A DNA stretch of 64,000 nucleotides, taken from assembly GCF_009914755.1 (NCBI RefSeq), contig NC_060938.1; one strand, given 5' to 3'. Below, one piece after another: positions 44,920 through 59,800 of this stretch. The notes beneath the pieces are model-generated. The model made no database searches and was not told where the DNA came from. It saw only the letters and a list, made by a program, of their open reading frames with translations. Each line of letters begins with the position of its first letter. Position 1 is the first letter of the stretch. This stretch comes from the human T2T-CHM13v2.0 reference genome, Homo sapiens. The position numbers were made by a program, and so were the translations under genes.

Positions 44920-45436
44920 ATATGAGCACTCCTCTCAATGCCCTGGGGCTGCTGAAGCTTTCCAGTCTGGCTGGTGGGAATAGGCACTATTCTCAGCCCC
45001 ATGTGACTGCTGAGCACTGTTCCCTCAAAGCCTTTTGGGTGGTTCTTTCCCAGGCATTGGTAGTTTCCTTGCAGGCGTGCACTGGTCAATACTCAGCTGA
45101 ACACTTGAGGGGTCCCTCTACAGATCTCAGGAGTTCTATCTCTGTGCAGCCTGCTCTTCCCTGGTACTCTGTCCTGTGGACTCTGGCTGCCCTGCTCTCC
45201 CCTGGCTTTCAGCTCCTTCTCAACCCAGGGAGTCCCCTGGGCTCTGCCTCAGTTTCCCCTCCCTGTCCCGGGGCCTGAAAGTATCCCAAGGTGGTAAGCT
45301 GTGGCATCACAGGGCTCATTTCATTTGTTTTCCATTTCTCAGGCATTTCCAGCCTTCATCATCTGATGTCCAGTGTCTTGAAAACTGTTATTTCATACTG
45401 GTCCCTGTTACTCTATCTCCACCAGGAGTGGAAGTC
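44920..45436 (-). mobile_element. Ancient L1M 5'-end fragment
   Basis: tccagtctggctggtgggaataggcactatt…gtccctgttactc…ggaagtc resembles recalled L1MD/L1ME 5'UTR consensus. Confidence 0.65.
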
Positions 45437-47853
45437 TTGGCCCTCCAGATACTCTGAACAGTGGATGTGGGAATTTTCTCTCTATGTATATTTCTTTGTT
45501 TCTTTCTTTTAAGTTTTCTTTCTGTTTCTTTTTATATATGTTTCCTTTATTCATCTAATATCAACTGAACATCTAGTATGTGTAGATACTATGATTGGTA
45601 TAGGTATACTGTAGTGAACTAATTAGCCTTCATAGTTTATAATCTCTTGTGAATTTAGTTAGCATAAGGCAGTCCTTGAGAAACTGCACATGGGAAAACT
45701 GGTATTTCTGTATGTGTGAAGCTCAAGACTGGACCCTGAAGCCGGAACCATGGTGCCGCCCATCTGTGAGGGATCAGCTGGTCTCTCTGAAGTCTTCTTT
45801 TCCTTTTGCTAACTACAATACTAACTCTGTCTAATTTGTGAAAGGAGAAATTTCATTTATTTAGCATCAGTAAGTCTTATTACTTTAATGATAAAGCTCA
45901 TTTCAAAGAATAAAGTACATAAAAACTTAAGATTGTCTGTTTCTAATTATGGTAATGATTTTAACTAAAGTGTCAGTACCAAAGAATACACACACACACC
46001 CCGCCCCCCTCAGTCTCTGAATATTTTTTTTCTTTGATGACATACAATGAAGCAGTTTATGATGTATGAAATCGTTAAAATCAGGTGATTGCTTTCCTCA
46101 CAAATCCTAAGATAAATATCTATAAAATGAATGTTTTCATAAATTGTGTTGAAAAACTAGTGCTATCCATCTGGCAAAGATACACTTAACTCCAAGTTAT
46201 ACTTAAAAAGCCAACAAACTTACCATATGTCTCAATAATTTTAAGGTAAAATCTACTTGAAACAAGATGTCTGGGACACATACACCATATTCAGTTGCCC
46301 AAAAGTTCATCTGTTAACCATTGTTCTGGCACAGAACATTGCTTTTGGAAAATAGGGACTGACTCTGTTTTATAAAGCTCAACTATTTTTTTCTGTAAAA
46401 GATTGCTTAATGTTGATAAGTCTTAATCCTCTTAAAGTTTAAATTGTCTCCAACACATAATATTAAGAAAAAAATATTCCAGGAAAAACTCTAATTTTAG
46501 TTTACTTTATCTATACATGTAACTCACTGAACAGATGAGTATATTATTCCATGCAGACAAAGTGACTTCCCTTTTGAACAGGAACTCTGCTCTATTTGTT
46601 TACTTGGGCAATCTTTTATCAAGTAAAGCCATTTCATAATTCAATTCAGCTCTTTTGTCTACTTTGGTGAACTTATTCCAGATTCATTACTGTGATTCAG
46701 ATCCTTATAACAAAATTTGTATTGAAGTGATACTATAAAATCACAAAACCTATACCAACAAAGAGGGTGAGTTTATAGAGAAAGTATGTTCTAAAGCTTT
46801 GTTTTCCAAATTCTAGACTTGAATTCAATCCTATTAAATTGCCACTTTGACATCATATAAAGGTTGGATGTTCATGTATATATGTGGGTGATTTTATCAT
46901 AATTTTTAATCCAGTCACCCTCTTGAACTTACTGAGTAAAAGTATATGAACTGTTCCTTCTTGTCTTTCAGGAGTACTGCGAATACATTTCACACACATG
47001 AGTAATGTATGTGAAAAAAAACCTTATGTTGCTTGGAAAGTAAGTCTTTAAGTTTAGGTTATCATTATTATGGAAGGACAAAGCCTTATTTGGTGATGTC
47101 AGTGGTGCGGGGGAGGGGAGCAATGCCTGTCAGAGTCGCTATGATCAGGACTTTTGTCTGAGAGAAGACAGTAGTCAGATTGAGTTCTTTTGCCCCTGGA
47201 CATTCTGCTGGATCTCCCTGTTCCTCTTCAGATACTGAACTAGCAAGTAGTACATAAACCTCTACAGTTATGTGGTTAAGTAAATGGAAATCAGGGTAGT
47301 GGAAGTAATAATTTTTGTTAAGAACCAGAATAGAGAATTTTAACAGAGGAGACTAAGGGGGAAAATGAAGTTGGCATTCCAAAAAATTATGTTATATGAG
47401 AATCATATATAAAGAAATATGGTATATTGGTTTACTCTGTTCATGAAATGGGAATGATTTAGGGAGAAAAGTTTTCCCTCCTCTCCTCTTTCCTCTTCCC
47501 TCCATCTCTCTTTCTTTAATAATTGTTTCTCCAAAGAAAAATTTCTGAGTTGCTTTGAAGAAAGGTCCAAGCTATTTTGTGGTTTGATTACTAGAATTTT
47601 ATTCACCATGTTGTTTTTTGAATAATTTCCCCATTAGAATGGAATGCTTTTACCTGATTAAAAAAATCTACAAATTGATCTACATATTTGAGAGACTGAC
47701 CAAGTCTAATTATAATAAAAATTATGCTATAATTTCTGCATTAAAATTTTTAGTGCTTTATATATATAATTCATTTTAATGTCTTAGAGTTTGTTGTGCT
47801 GAAGCTGTTACTGTGCCCTACTTTTGCTTGGTGCGAACGCATGCAATGCTTAC

Positions 47854-47920
47854 CTTCACTGCTCTTTTTGGGGTTTCAGCCAAGATAGGTGGCAGAATTC
47901 CCTTGTAAAAACCAAATAAC
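47854..47920 (-). CDS. SLC25A21: SLC25A21 coding exon (probably exon 4), 67 nt, phase 2 to phase 0: (G)LFGFYKGILPPILAETPKRAVK
   Basis: Acceptor tttctccaacag|GTTATTTGG and donor GTGAAG|gtaagc. Contains the GxxGFYKG part of the mitochondrial carrier signature. Confidence 0.97.
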
Positions 47921-49122
47921 CTGTTGGAGAAATAAAAGATTTCCTATGAGTAAGGAAATTAGGCAACAAGTATTTCTGACTTTGTTAAGATAATCCTAAA
48001 GTATTCCCGATTATTCAACATAGCACACCAATCATGAAGTCTTCCTTTCATTCTAAAATAAAGAAATAAATTTTATGTCTATTAGCATTATGATATTCAG
48101 AAGGTAAATACGTGATACTGAGACAGGAATCCCTTAGATAAGTTGCTAAGCATGACCATTAGTTGTACCTTAACGATGAATCTGACTGTCCTTACTCTAA
48201 GGGCTCTTGAGTTTATTTTCTCAGTTGTGTGGCAGGTAGCTTCAAGCTATCTACAGTCCTGCATTTCCTCCCGTGTGGCAACCAAATGAGGTTAGGATTA
48301 TACCTGAACCCATTAGACTGTACCTTTCTGAGGCTAAGGAGGTGATGAAATTTTCAATTTTAGCTTTACTAATACAAGGGAACTAACAAGTTCTGTGGGT
48401 ATGGTACTAGAGCTTCCAGCCCCGTCCTGATTTAGTCATAATTTTCAGGCTTCCTTGATGGAAGTGGAAGAAGGTCACAGAGGGCCAGCTACAGGACTAT
48501 GTATTGCCAACAGAAGAAATGTCCGACTCCCTTGCTGATATGTAAAATCACAGGGCATGAGCCAGTTTACTTTGCCAGTGTTGACGGGCAACATGGTCAG
48601 ATATTTTTAGAAAAAAAACAAGAATGAGTGACATATGGTTAGATTTATAACAAGTCACCATTTATTTCTTATTATATTTTTAGAATTCAAAATTTTAAAT
48701 TCCTTTGTCCTGGAATCTTCATATATATGCCATATCTTCATTTCAAACCTTAAAATATATAAATAGAAGAGAATATTATGCATTATTTTCTGAGTAATCA
48801 CTTTTCCTGATGAGTCCATAACATGTCCCTAATTTAGGATATCCAGCTAACATGGGGCTGCAGCTTCTCTGATTCACCCCCCAAGCTTCACTCCAGCTCC
48901 CTTAAACTGGGTCCACTTCTAGCTGTGCTTCTGGGAACAAGAAGTTGAGAATTTATTCAAGTGAACCCACTGTACCACCCAAACCAACACGGCGACCTCT
49001 TGTTCTCCTTCAATTCACTGGCTTACACAGTACCTTTTGGTGAGGGCACTAAAGCACTTGCCTGCTTTACTCAATTCATGGGCTTACCCAGCCTCAATTC
49101 ACTGGCTTACATAGAAACTTGA

Positions 49123-49579
<457 letters not shown>

Positions 49580-49899
49580 TGCCCACGATTTTTGACTTAA
49601 TGGATAGTGCTAGCATTATGAATAGGAAGTAAAGCAGATACATGATTTGGAGAGCTATGGCAATTCATGAGTTGTCCCCACCCCTTTTCCATTCCAATTT
49701 GAATTACTGATGCCTGAAATTCTCACATCAACACGAATTACTTCTAGCAACTAATAACATTTAAATACTTTTCTCATTTAAATTTCATTATAAATTAATC
49801 ACTATGTAATTTTTGGCATAAAGAGTGACCAAGCATAGGTTGGTCTTCCCAAAAGATAAACGTGATTTTCTTGAACAGAAGTTCTATATATATAATGAT

Positions 49900-50466
49900 A
49901 AAGGTTATTAGTTCTGTTCTTTCTGTGTTGATCTTTCCCCATCTGGAAGACTATGCCTGATTATTGTAGGAAAAAAAAAAATAAAGAGAAACACTTAAAT
50001 AAGTAAAGCTTTTAAAACAGAGTGTCCAGATCAACAGAGGAACTTGAAATCCCAAACTACAGAGAACAGTTATAGGAAGAACAGTTGCTTCAACTGGAGA
50101 AGAATGATCTTAGGGAGAAATATGGTGAACATGATGGATCTTTTGAAAGGTGTGTGTTAAGGAAAGACATTACACTTTTCTCTTTGTTTCCAGGTGGTAG
50201 AACTAGGACCAACAGGTGGAAGCAACAAGAAAAGACACATTTTTGGCCCAGGTGGAGCTTAACACAATGAAGTACTTCTAATGGTCAGAACGGTCTAAAG
50301 ATAGAATGGGCTCTCCTGAAAAGTGGTGAGTTTCCCTTTGGTATGTGATCAAGCAGTCTGGATGGCCACTTGTCATGAATACCAGCAATGGGAGATACAC
50401 AGCAAATCCATGCATTTGATGGCCCTCAAGGCTGATCTGTTTCAATCCTCAGATTCTGTTATTCTG
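49900..50466 (+). mobile_element. L3/CR1 3' end
   Basis: agtgtccaga…ctggagaaga…agaactaggaccaacaggtggaagc…gaatgggct…, ending in agattctgttattctg. Confidence 0.75.
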
Positions 50467-51079
50467 AGAAAAAGAACAAGAAGACATGGGCAAGCACTTC
50501 TCTGAAGTGACAGAATCTGCCATACCTTAGACTTTTGCATCAAATCTTACACTGCTTCTCTGGAAGAGGACTAAAGTCTTCTAAGTACACAGAAGGTCTT
50601 CATTTTAAAAGTGATGGGGTAAAATATTAAAAAGAGGTGTGATGCAGGAGAGAAGAAGAGGCAGCTGGGAGAAGCATAAGGATTTAATATGAAAAGAGCT
50701 GGGAGGTCCAGAGCCCTCTGCTTTGTGTTGACGATGCTTCATTGATGTGCCCTACTTCCCTTCTCTCTGCTCAGCTACTTTCATGTGCGATCGTTCCCCT
50801 CCTCCCATACCACCATCCTGAGCTTCCAAATTGAGAATGAGCAATTTTAACAAGAAGTTCTCAAAGACCACAGGCAGCCTTTGTTGGTAAATGGAAGCTA
50901 GGACTACCTACCTCCTCGCATTGCTTTTACCGTATATCCATGCAATAGAGGACTGTGGAACACTCAGGTCAGCACCGCTTCTGCTGAGGACTGCCCCATC
51001 AAGTTGTTTTAAACACATTCGTATAATATGATACAATATGATACAGGGTCAGTCTTGCTCTGCTTGGTGAAAACTGTAA

Positions 51080-51385
51080 CATATAAAACTAGGATTTCAT
51101 TGGCAGCCATGCTTTTAGTCATTTGGAGAAAGTCAATCTGCAGTGATAAAAAAAGAAAGAAGCCACCATTTAGGGAGGCACAGAAGCAAGAAGGAGAAGC
51201 TCTGTTTCTGTGAGTGAGGCCCTGCTTCCAGAATTTAAGCCTAGTTACGTCTGGCCTTTCTCGAATATTGGTATTTACCTCTGCCTTTGATTGTATGAGA
51301 TACTCAGTGACATTTCCATTAAATTCTCTCTTTTACTTAAATAAGTTTGAGTTGCATTCATCATTTATAACCCAGAGCCCTGGAT
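51080..51385 (+). mobile_element. MLT1-type LTR fragment
   Basis: ggcagccat…aaattctctcttttacttaa…gtttgagttg…taacccagagccctg. Confidence 0.5.
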
Positions 51386-52741
51386 CCAGAAAGTAAGCAT
51401 CACTGTCCCTCCAGCCAAAGTGGCTGCTGTAGAACCTCTGTGCTGTGTCCAATCATAGGAAGAGCTTCACTCTCAGTTAAAATTTGCCCTTGAGCAGACC
51501 AGAAGAGTCACATATAAAATGCAGGTAAGAGCATGTGGTTAAGGGCTCAAGCTGATAGCTATTCTTGACTAGATAATTACTGAAAGTTTTCCCAACGCAA
51601 AATATTATATGCAGCTTTCTAGAAACCAAAAAGGAATTGTGATGTTTTATGAAGCAGATACTTTTTTTTTTCTGCAAAAGAACTGATGTTTATATTCACA
51701 TGCACTGTCCATTCTGCCTTCATGTGGTTTTGGCTTGCTGTGCAGAGCCTACAGCTTACCAGGACCATAATCCAGGAAGTTAAGAGATTGGTGACACCCA
51801 TTGTTAACATGCGTCATCCCGCTTATGTCACGAGCAGCCAAGAGCTGCTTTCAGTCTACTTGCTGGATGAATGGATCGTGGGATTCTAAACGTTTATGTA
51901 CAGTGAAGGCATTCTTCTCTCCGACATGACGGCAAAGGCATCACTCTACTCTAAAGTTTTGACTCACATCAAGCCAACTAGAAGAAAGAGTCTTTGGAAG
52001 AGGCATGAGAGCTACTACAACACCTCCCATAAAACTGTATTATGAACTACATGGCAGCCTTTATATTTTGTTCTCTAAGTTGTTACTTCTAAAAGGTGTG
52101 AGTTTGATTTTAACTGTCCTATGTAAAAAAGTATTAGCTCGTATGTTTATGGATTTTTGTAAATATTATTGTAAGTAAAAATAGACAAATCTGTTGAAAT
52201 CTTACTATGTAATAGCTTTTGTGTTAAGAATAAAAACATGTAGGTATATGTACACATGGTAATCTCAATCAACTTTCACAACAATCCTTTAAAGTATTTA
52301 TAATTATTTTCCTCATTTTGCTGGTGAGGACTACCATCATGTCAATGCCAAATAAGATATAGCAACCTAAATCAAGTTCTTTATGTCCTTGACCACCAGG
52401 CTATACTGTATAGCTTTTTTTAAAACAACTATTTTAATAAAAGCTTTTGAAAAATTGTTTATGTTACAGCAATACCTTATCATTTCTTATTTTAGAAGGA
52501 AGCAGGAAAGGCCACTGAAAACAGGTCTCTATTCCAATTTTTATTCAGTTCTGTTTTAAAGTAATATGAAATACTATATAACTGATAGAACTGGTCTAAG
52601 ATGAATAAAATCATTTTTGTGAAAGTTTTTGGGATATTGATTAAATATTTTCTAGTTGTTTCAGAATGAGGAAAAAATGAGCCCTAGGATAAACTTTTTC
52701 CTCCCCAAGATAGACTTTTGCCCTTAAGAGGCACACCAGGA

Positions 52742-53042
<301 letters not shown>

Positions 53043-53070
53043 AAGAGGCACACCAGTATAATTCTGTCAA

Positions 53071-53450
53071 TGTGGGAGAATGTTGGTTACTGACCCAAAA
53101 GATACATGCCCCTCACCCCACTTGCTCCTCAGAGTATAAGTGATGCCCATACTCTGTGCTTAGAGAGGTGAGTCCTCCTCCAGCCCAAGGGATAAAGCAG
53201 AATTGTTCAAGCCCATCATGGTGGCCTCATTCCTTTTCTAGTGAGAGGGTTAGGCATGGACATATGACTGAAACCTAGCCCAAGAGACAAGAGGGAATGG
53301 TGTGCTGGAAGGCTTGGATTTCCAGTCTAAGGCAAAGAAGCCCACAGGAAGAAAAGTCCTGTCTTCTTTGCTAGGTGTTTCCTAGCTGTGTGAGATGCCT
53401 GTGGACTGCAGCCAAGTGAGACATCATTGCTCCCAAGCTAAGGATGGAGC
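53071..53450 (+). mobile_element. MLT1J-like LTR fragment
   Basis: ccagcccaagggataa…aagcccatcatgg…ggttaggcatggacatatgac…gtgctggaaggctt. Confidence 0.55.
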
Positions 53451-56400
53451 ACATCCCTTTCTGAACAAAGAGCCTTAAATCGAAATTCTTAAAATCATAA
53501 TTATATTAAAGATAATTGTTAAATCTTAAGCAATGCATTTATAAGGAAGCTGTGAGAACTATTGTTAAGAAATGGTCTCAGATTGTTTATGCTGGGGAGC
53601 CCATCACACATAAAACCCCATCCCATTAGTGTGATTGTCTGTGAAAGAACCCCTTACCACAGATGGAATACAGAGAAGCTAGCAGACCAAAGTCACACAG
53701 CAAATATGAGGAGGGGGTACCAGGACTCCAAAGCCACTAGATTGTGATGGTTTATAGACTAATGAGAGGTATTTTTCACAAACCTAAGCAGATACACAGT
53801 GCTACAATATTGGATCACATTTGTTTTTAATTGTACTCCTTATGTACATCTGTAAAATGAAGATCAAAAACTACATCACGTGTTCTTCTCAAAGACAGCT
53901 CACACATAGCTTATTTGAAGTACAGATTTCTGCCAAACCCTACAAAATAATTTTATCCCTCATTCAACCCCCCCACCCCCATCTTAAAAGTGTGAAGCTA
54001 TCTAACATATGGGTGGCTACGAGGTCACAGAGCAACCAATGAAAAGATGCTGACTGTATGGAAGCAAGGAAATGTGAAATTTCCTATGAGTTCCAGCTTG
54101 TGTCCAGTCTCTGTGGTTCATGTAGAGCAAGGCAAACCCTCAAAGATGCCTTCTTATTGTCTCTCATTAGTAGGGTCCAGTTTTAGGTTACCCTGTTTTT
54201 AAGTCTAAATTTTAGACACCTATAGAGACCAGTCAGCCAGACAGAGCCTTAATTAAACATTGTGTACCTGATATCTTTAGTCAGTTTGAATGACTAAAAA
54301 AAGTTCCTTGCTTTAAGTTAGCTACTGAAATCTGAAGACTTTGTGGTAAATAGTGGGTAGACAGGGGAAGGCTTAACATTCTGAAAATTTGACTCAGGTA
54401 AAGAAACTAAAAAGGAGTGGAAAAATCACATGTCCTGTCTGCCCCTCCTTTTACCCCTCTGAGTCACCCCCATTGTTGGTTTTGCTGGTATTTTTCTAAT
54501 TTAGTATGTAGAAAATATGTGTTTGGGAATCATTTGTACCATAGAGTTGAACTCCTCTTTCAAGCAGGCTGGGAAATTTCCTAAGTTACTAGGCTACTAG
54601 GTTTTTGGTGTTAGGAGCAAGAACATGGAATATTTTCTTATTTGCAGCTCCCAGTGAGAAAGAAAAACAGTGTAGCTGCTTCACAACTGACTTTTAGAAA
54701 GAGTCAACCTTGTTGTCTATCAGAAATGTTACCATAAAACTAAACTGATACATTAAAGAGAAAATGCATATAAAGAAATCTGTGAACAAGACATTTTTCC
54801 TCCTAAAAGAGGAAAAGATCAATGTGTAAATTTGCTGCTCATGGAAGCTGGGGCTTTCCCTGGTTGTCAGGGATGAAGTGTTTTGGGATCCAAACTGCTG
54901 ATATTCATAATCAAAGTCCAGCAACCATCACACTGGGAAAGCCAGGATAGAGATGCACATTATCTGAGCCTGAAAATATCAATTACAGAAATGATCTCCA
55001 AGTTGAAAAGCCATTTTCCAAGCCACCTGTAACACACTCACACACAGCATGAGAAGGATGCTTTCACCTGGATCCCACTTCTTTGCCAAAAACCTGGCAT
55101 TCAGTAAGCATCCAGAGCAGCAATAATACTCACCAGTGAAGCATGAAATAGGAGCGACAGGGAAAGTGACACCAGATCCCCAGTTGGGGAAATTGGAAAG
55201 CATTAACACGTCTGTATACCTAACAGAGTACAATTACTACATTTTATTTTGTTTCAACAGCCAGAACCCAAATGAACATCACCATTCAGCTCTGTTCTGG
55301 GCAATGATTCAAGCTCATCTTTGGTACAGTTGATTTTGAAGCCTTACAGTCAATCATATCTTTACAATTTGTTCTTCTTTCAGGCTTCAGGCATCCTCCT
55401 GATTTCCATTTCTTGTATGGAAGCCTTGAGTCATCTGTTCTGGCAACATGACCAACCCAAATCAGTCATTTTCTCCAAATTATACTGAAATACAGATCTT
55501 GCTAGTTTGTTGTTTTCTTCCTCTTTCTTTTTTCACAAAATTTTTCCTTTAAGGCTCTCCTAATACAAAGCTGATTGAAGGCATACAATATCCTCTTTCT
55601 TCTTCTGCTGTCAGATCCAAGTTTCTTACCCACATGCTGTGGTTCTGTAATTAAAACAACGAAGTCCACGCTCAACCCTGGGTTATGAGTGCACGGCTTC
55701 CATTGCTTGATGGATCGTGTATCCCAGACCAGAATTCTGGTCCTGACACTACACACTACACACTACACCTTTAGGGCATTATTCTGACATCATTTGCACT
55801 CCACAAGTGTCAGCAGTTCACAGAATCCAAATGAAAGAGTGGGGTTTCATGGCTCTGTGATTTGAATTATGTAGAATCTATAATCTCAAGTTCACAAAAT
55901 TGCATGCATCTTGGGGCCATTTTCATTGAGGCAAAAGAGGGAGGGAAAACCACATATCTTTTAGAGGGAGGAAAAACAGTTCAAAAGAGAGCAAGTGACA
56001 CAGATTCTTCTTTTAAAAGCAGCAAATAAATTTCAAGGAAGTGCACATAAGCTTTAGCTAACATTCTAACATAAAACTAACAAAAGTTTTGCCTACTCAA
56101 CTCATATCAGGTCTTCAGGCAATGACAATATAGTTTTCATTATTCATTACTGAGAATTAATTCAATTAAGTTTCTGCATATGGTCTTTGGATTGATTTGT
56201 TACCCCAAACCATACCACTTTCATTATACGCTGTATGGAGGAATTCTTTCAAGTTTTCCTGAACACACTTTTCAAACTGAATGTTTAGTATGATTTTACC
56301 ACAACAATGAAATTTTTTTGGGTGCAACTGAAATAAACTACAACTTTGATTTTCTAAAATACAAAAATTTATTGTAGCTGTCAGTATCATTTAGGAGGTA

Positions 56401-56866
56401 AGTCCATGGCTCCATTCCCTGGAAAGTTGGCAGAGTGCTCAATGCACTAAACATGTTGCTCAGTTCAGCCCAAGAAAGGCCTTAGTGTGATATGAGAACC
56501 AGAACCCTGATGGAAAACACTAAGGAAAGAAAAAGTGAAAAAGATACTTGAGAAGCAACCAAAGAGGTGAATAGTATTGGTAAAATGTGGGTGTTCATTG
56601 CCCCATTAATCTGTAAGTGAAGAAACTTATTTATAACTGACTATATGGTAAGTGTATTAATTTTCAGTGACAGCAGATCACTTTGCTTATAAAGATGAAC
56701 ACTTTCCACTAGGAAATAATAATCATCAAAGGGCAGTTTTTCACTTAGGTGGGTGGCACTATGAGGAAAAGGACTCCAAGAAAAAAAAACAACTCTATTT
56801 CTTGGACTCGGACTGAAAACCAGGAAAGACAACCCAATCATGGAGCAAAAAAAGTCCTTCACCAGA

Positions 56867-59800
56867 ATATACCTCAAAATAATAAAAGCCATCCATATAT
56901 GACACACCCACAGCCAACAGCATACTGGATGGGGAAAAGCTGAAAGCATTTCCCCTAAGAACAAGACAAGGAACAAGACAAGGATGGAACAAGACAAGGA
57001 TGCCCACTTTCACCAATCATATTCAACGTAGTACTGGAAGTCCTAGCTAGAGCAATCAGGCAAGAGAAAGAAATAAAAGGATCAAAATTGGAAAAGGAAG
57101 TCAAATGATCTCTCACTGATAATGTGATTTTATACCTAGAAACCACAAAATACTCCTAGATTTGATACATGATTTCAGGAATCAAAATCAACATACAAAA
57201 ATCAGTAGCATTTCTATATACCAATAATAATCAACCTGATAACCAAATCGAGAACTGAATCTCATTTAAAATAGCTACATAAAATACCTAGGAATATACT
57301 TAACCAAGGAGGTGAAAAATTCTACAAGGAGTATTTGTACTTTGACAAGGAGAATTGCAAAAGATTGAGAAAAGAATCATAGATGACACAAACAAGTGGG
57401 AAAAAATCCTATACTCATCTACTGGAAGAATCAATATTGCTAAAATGACCATACTGCCCAAAGTAATCTACAGATTCAATGCAATTTCTATCAAATTACC
57501 AATATCATTCCTCACATAATTAGAAAAACAATCTCCAAATTCATATGGAACCAAAAAAGAGCCTAAATAGCCAAAGCAATCCTAAGCAAAAAGAATAAAT
57601 TTGGAGGTATCAAATCATCTGACTTCAGATTACACTAGAAGGCTATAATAACCAAAACAGCATGGCATTAGCACAAAAACAGACAGATAGATCAATGGAA
57701 CAGAATAGAGAACTTAGAAATAAAGCCACATACCTACAACCAACTGATCTTTGACAAAGTTGACAAAAATATATATTGGGGAAAGGATACTCTATTCAAT
57801 AAATAGTTCTGGGAAAATTGGAGAGCCATTTGCAGAAGGGTGAAACTGGACCCCTATCTCTCACCATATACAAAAATCAACTCAAAATGGATTACAGACT
57901 TAAATATAAGACTTGAAACTATAAAAATACTAGAAAAAGAAATATAGGAGAAATTCTTCTGAACATTGGCTGAGGCAAAAAATTTATGACTAAGTCTTCA
58001 AAAGGAAATGCAACAAAACCAAAAATAGACAAATGGGACTTAAACTAAAAATCTTTTGCACAGCAAAAGAAATAATCATCCAAGTAAACAGACAGTCTAC
58101 AGAATGAGGGAAAATATTTGCAAACAATGCATATGATAAAGTGCTAATATCCAGAATCTACGAGGAGCTCAAACAGCTCAACAAGAAAAAAACATATAAC
58201 CTCATTAAAAAGTGGGCAAAGTTCATGAACAGGCATTTTTCTTTTTTTTTTATTATAGTTTAAGTTCTAGGGTACATGTACACAACGTGCAGGTTTATTA
58301 CATAGGTATACATGTGCCATGTTGGTTTGCTGCACCCATTAACTCATCATTTACATTAGGTATTTCTCCTAATGCTATCCCTCCCCAGCCCCCCACCCTC
58401 CAACATGTTCCCCTCCCTGTGTCCATGTGTTCTCATTGTTCAACTCCCACTTATGGGTGAGAATATGCGCTGCCTTGTTTTCTGTCCCTGTGATATTTTG
58501 CTGAGAATGATAGTTTCCAGCTTCATCCATGTCCCTGAAAAGGACATGAACTCATCCTTTTTTATCGCTGCATAGTATTCCATGGTGTATATGTGCCACA
58601 TTTTCTTTATCCAGTCTATTATTGACGGATATTTGGGTTGGTTCCAAGTCTTTGCTATTGTGAATAGTGCCACAATAAACATACGTGTGCATGTGTCTTT
58701 ATAGTAGCATGATTTATAATCCTTTGGGTATATACCTAGGAATGGGATGGCTGGGTCAAATGGTATTTCTTATTCTAGATCCTTGAGGAATCGCCACACT
58801 GTCTTCCACAATGGTTGAACTAATTTACACTCCCACCAACAGTGTAAAAGCGTTCCTATTTCTCCACATCGTCTCCAGCCTCTGTTGTTTCTTAACTTTT
58901 TAATGATCACCATTCTAACTGGCATGAGATGGTATCTCATTGTGGTTTTGATTTGCATTTCTCTGATGACCAGTGATGATGAGCATTTTTTCATATGTCT
59001 GTTGGCTGCATAAATGTCTTCTTTTGAGAAGTATCTGTTCATATCCTTTGCCTACTTTTTGATGGGGTTGTTTATTTTTTTCTTGTAAACTTGTTTAAGT
59101 TCTTTGTAGATTCTGGATATTAGCCCTTTGTCAGATGGATAGATTGCAAAAATTGTCTCCCATTCTGTAAGTTGCACGAATAGGCATTTTTCAAAAGAAG
59201 ACATACACGTGGCCATCAAACATATGAAAACATGCTCAACATCACTAATCATCAGAAAAATGCAAATTAAAACCATGATGAGATATCATCACCTTACACT
59301 AGTTAGAATGCCTATTAAAAAGTCAAAAAACAACAGATGTTGATGGAGATGCAGAAAAAAGAGAACGCTTCTACACTGCTGGTGGAAATGTAAAATATTA
59401 CAACCTCTATGGAAAACAGGATGGAGATTTCACAGAACTAAAAATAGAACTATCATTCAATCCATCAATCCCACTACTGGGTATCTACCCAAAGGAAAAA
59501 AAAGCATCATATCAAAAAGATACCTGCACTCATCTGTTTATTGCAACACTATTCCCAATAGCAAAGTCATGGAATCAATCTAAGTGTCCGTCAACAGATG
59601 ACTGGATAAAATAATGTGGTATGCCATGGAATACTACTCAGCTATAACAAAGAATGAAATCATGTCTTTGAAACAACATGGATGGAACTGGATGCCACTA
59701 TCCTAAGTGGGATGACTTAGAAACAGAAAGTCAAAAAACTTCGTGTTCTCCTTTATAAGTGGAAGCTAAACAATGGGTACACATGGACATACAGAGTGTA

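Noticed and set aside
49010-49114. CRISPR-like repeat-spacer pattern
   Set aside because: Only three imperfect copies with spacers of 40 and 2 nt, no cas genes, and a primate intron context.
59052-59276. Chimeric 74-aa ORF spanning the L1 junction
   Set aside because: An artefact of reading across the L1PB/L1PA insertion boundary.
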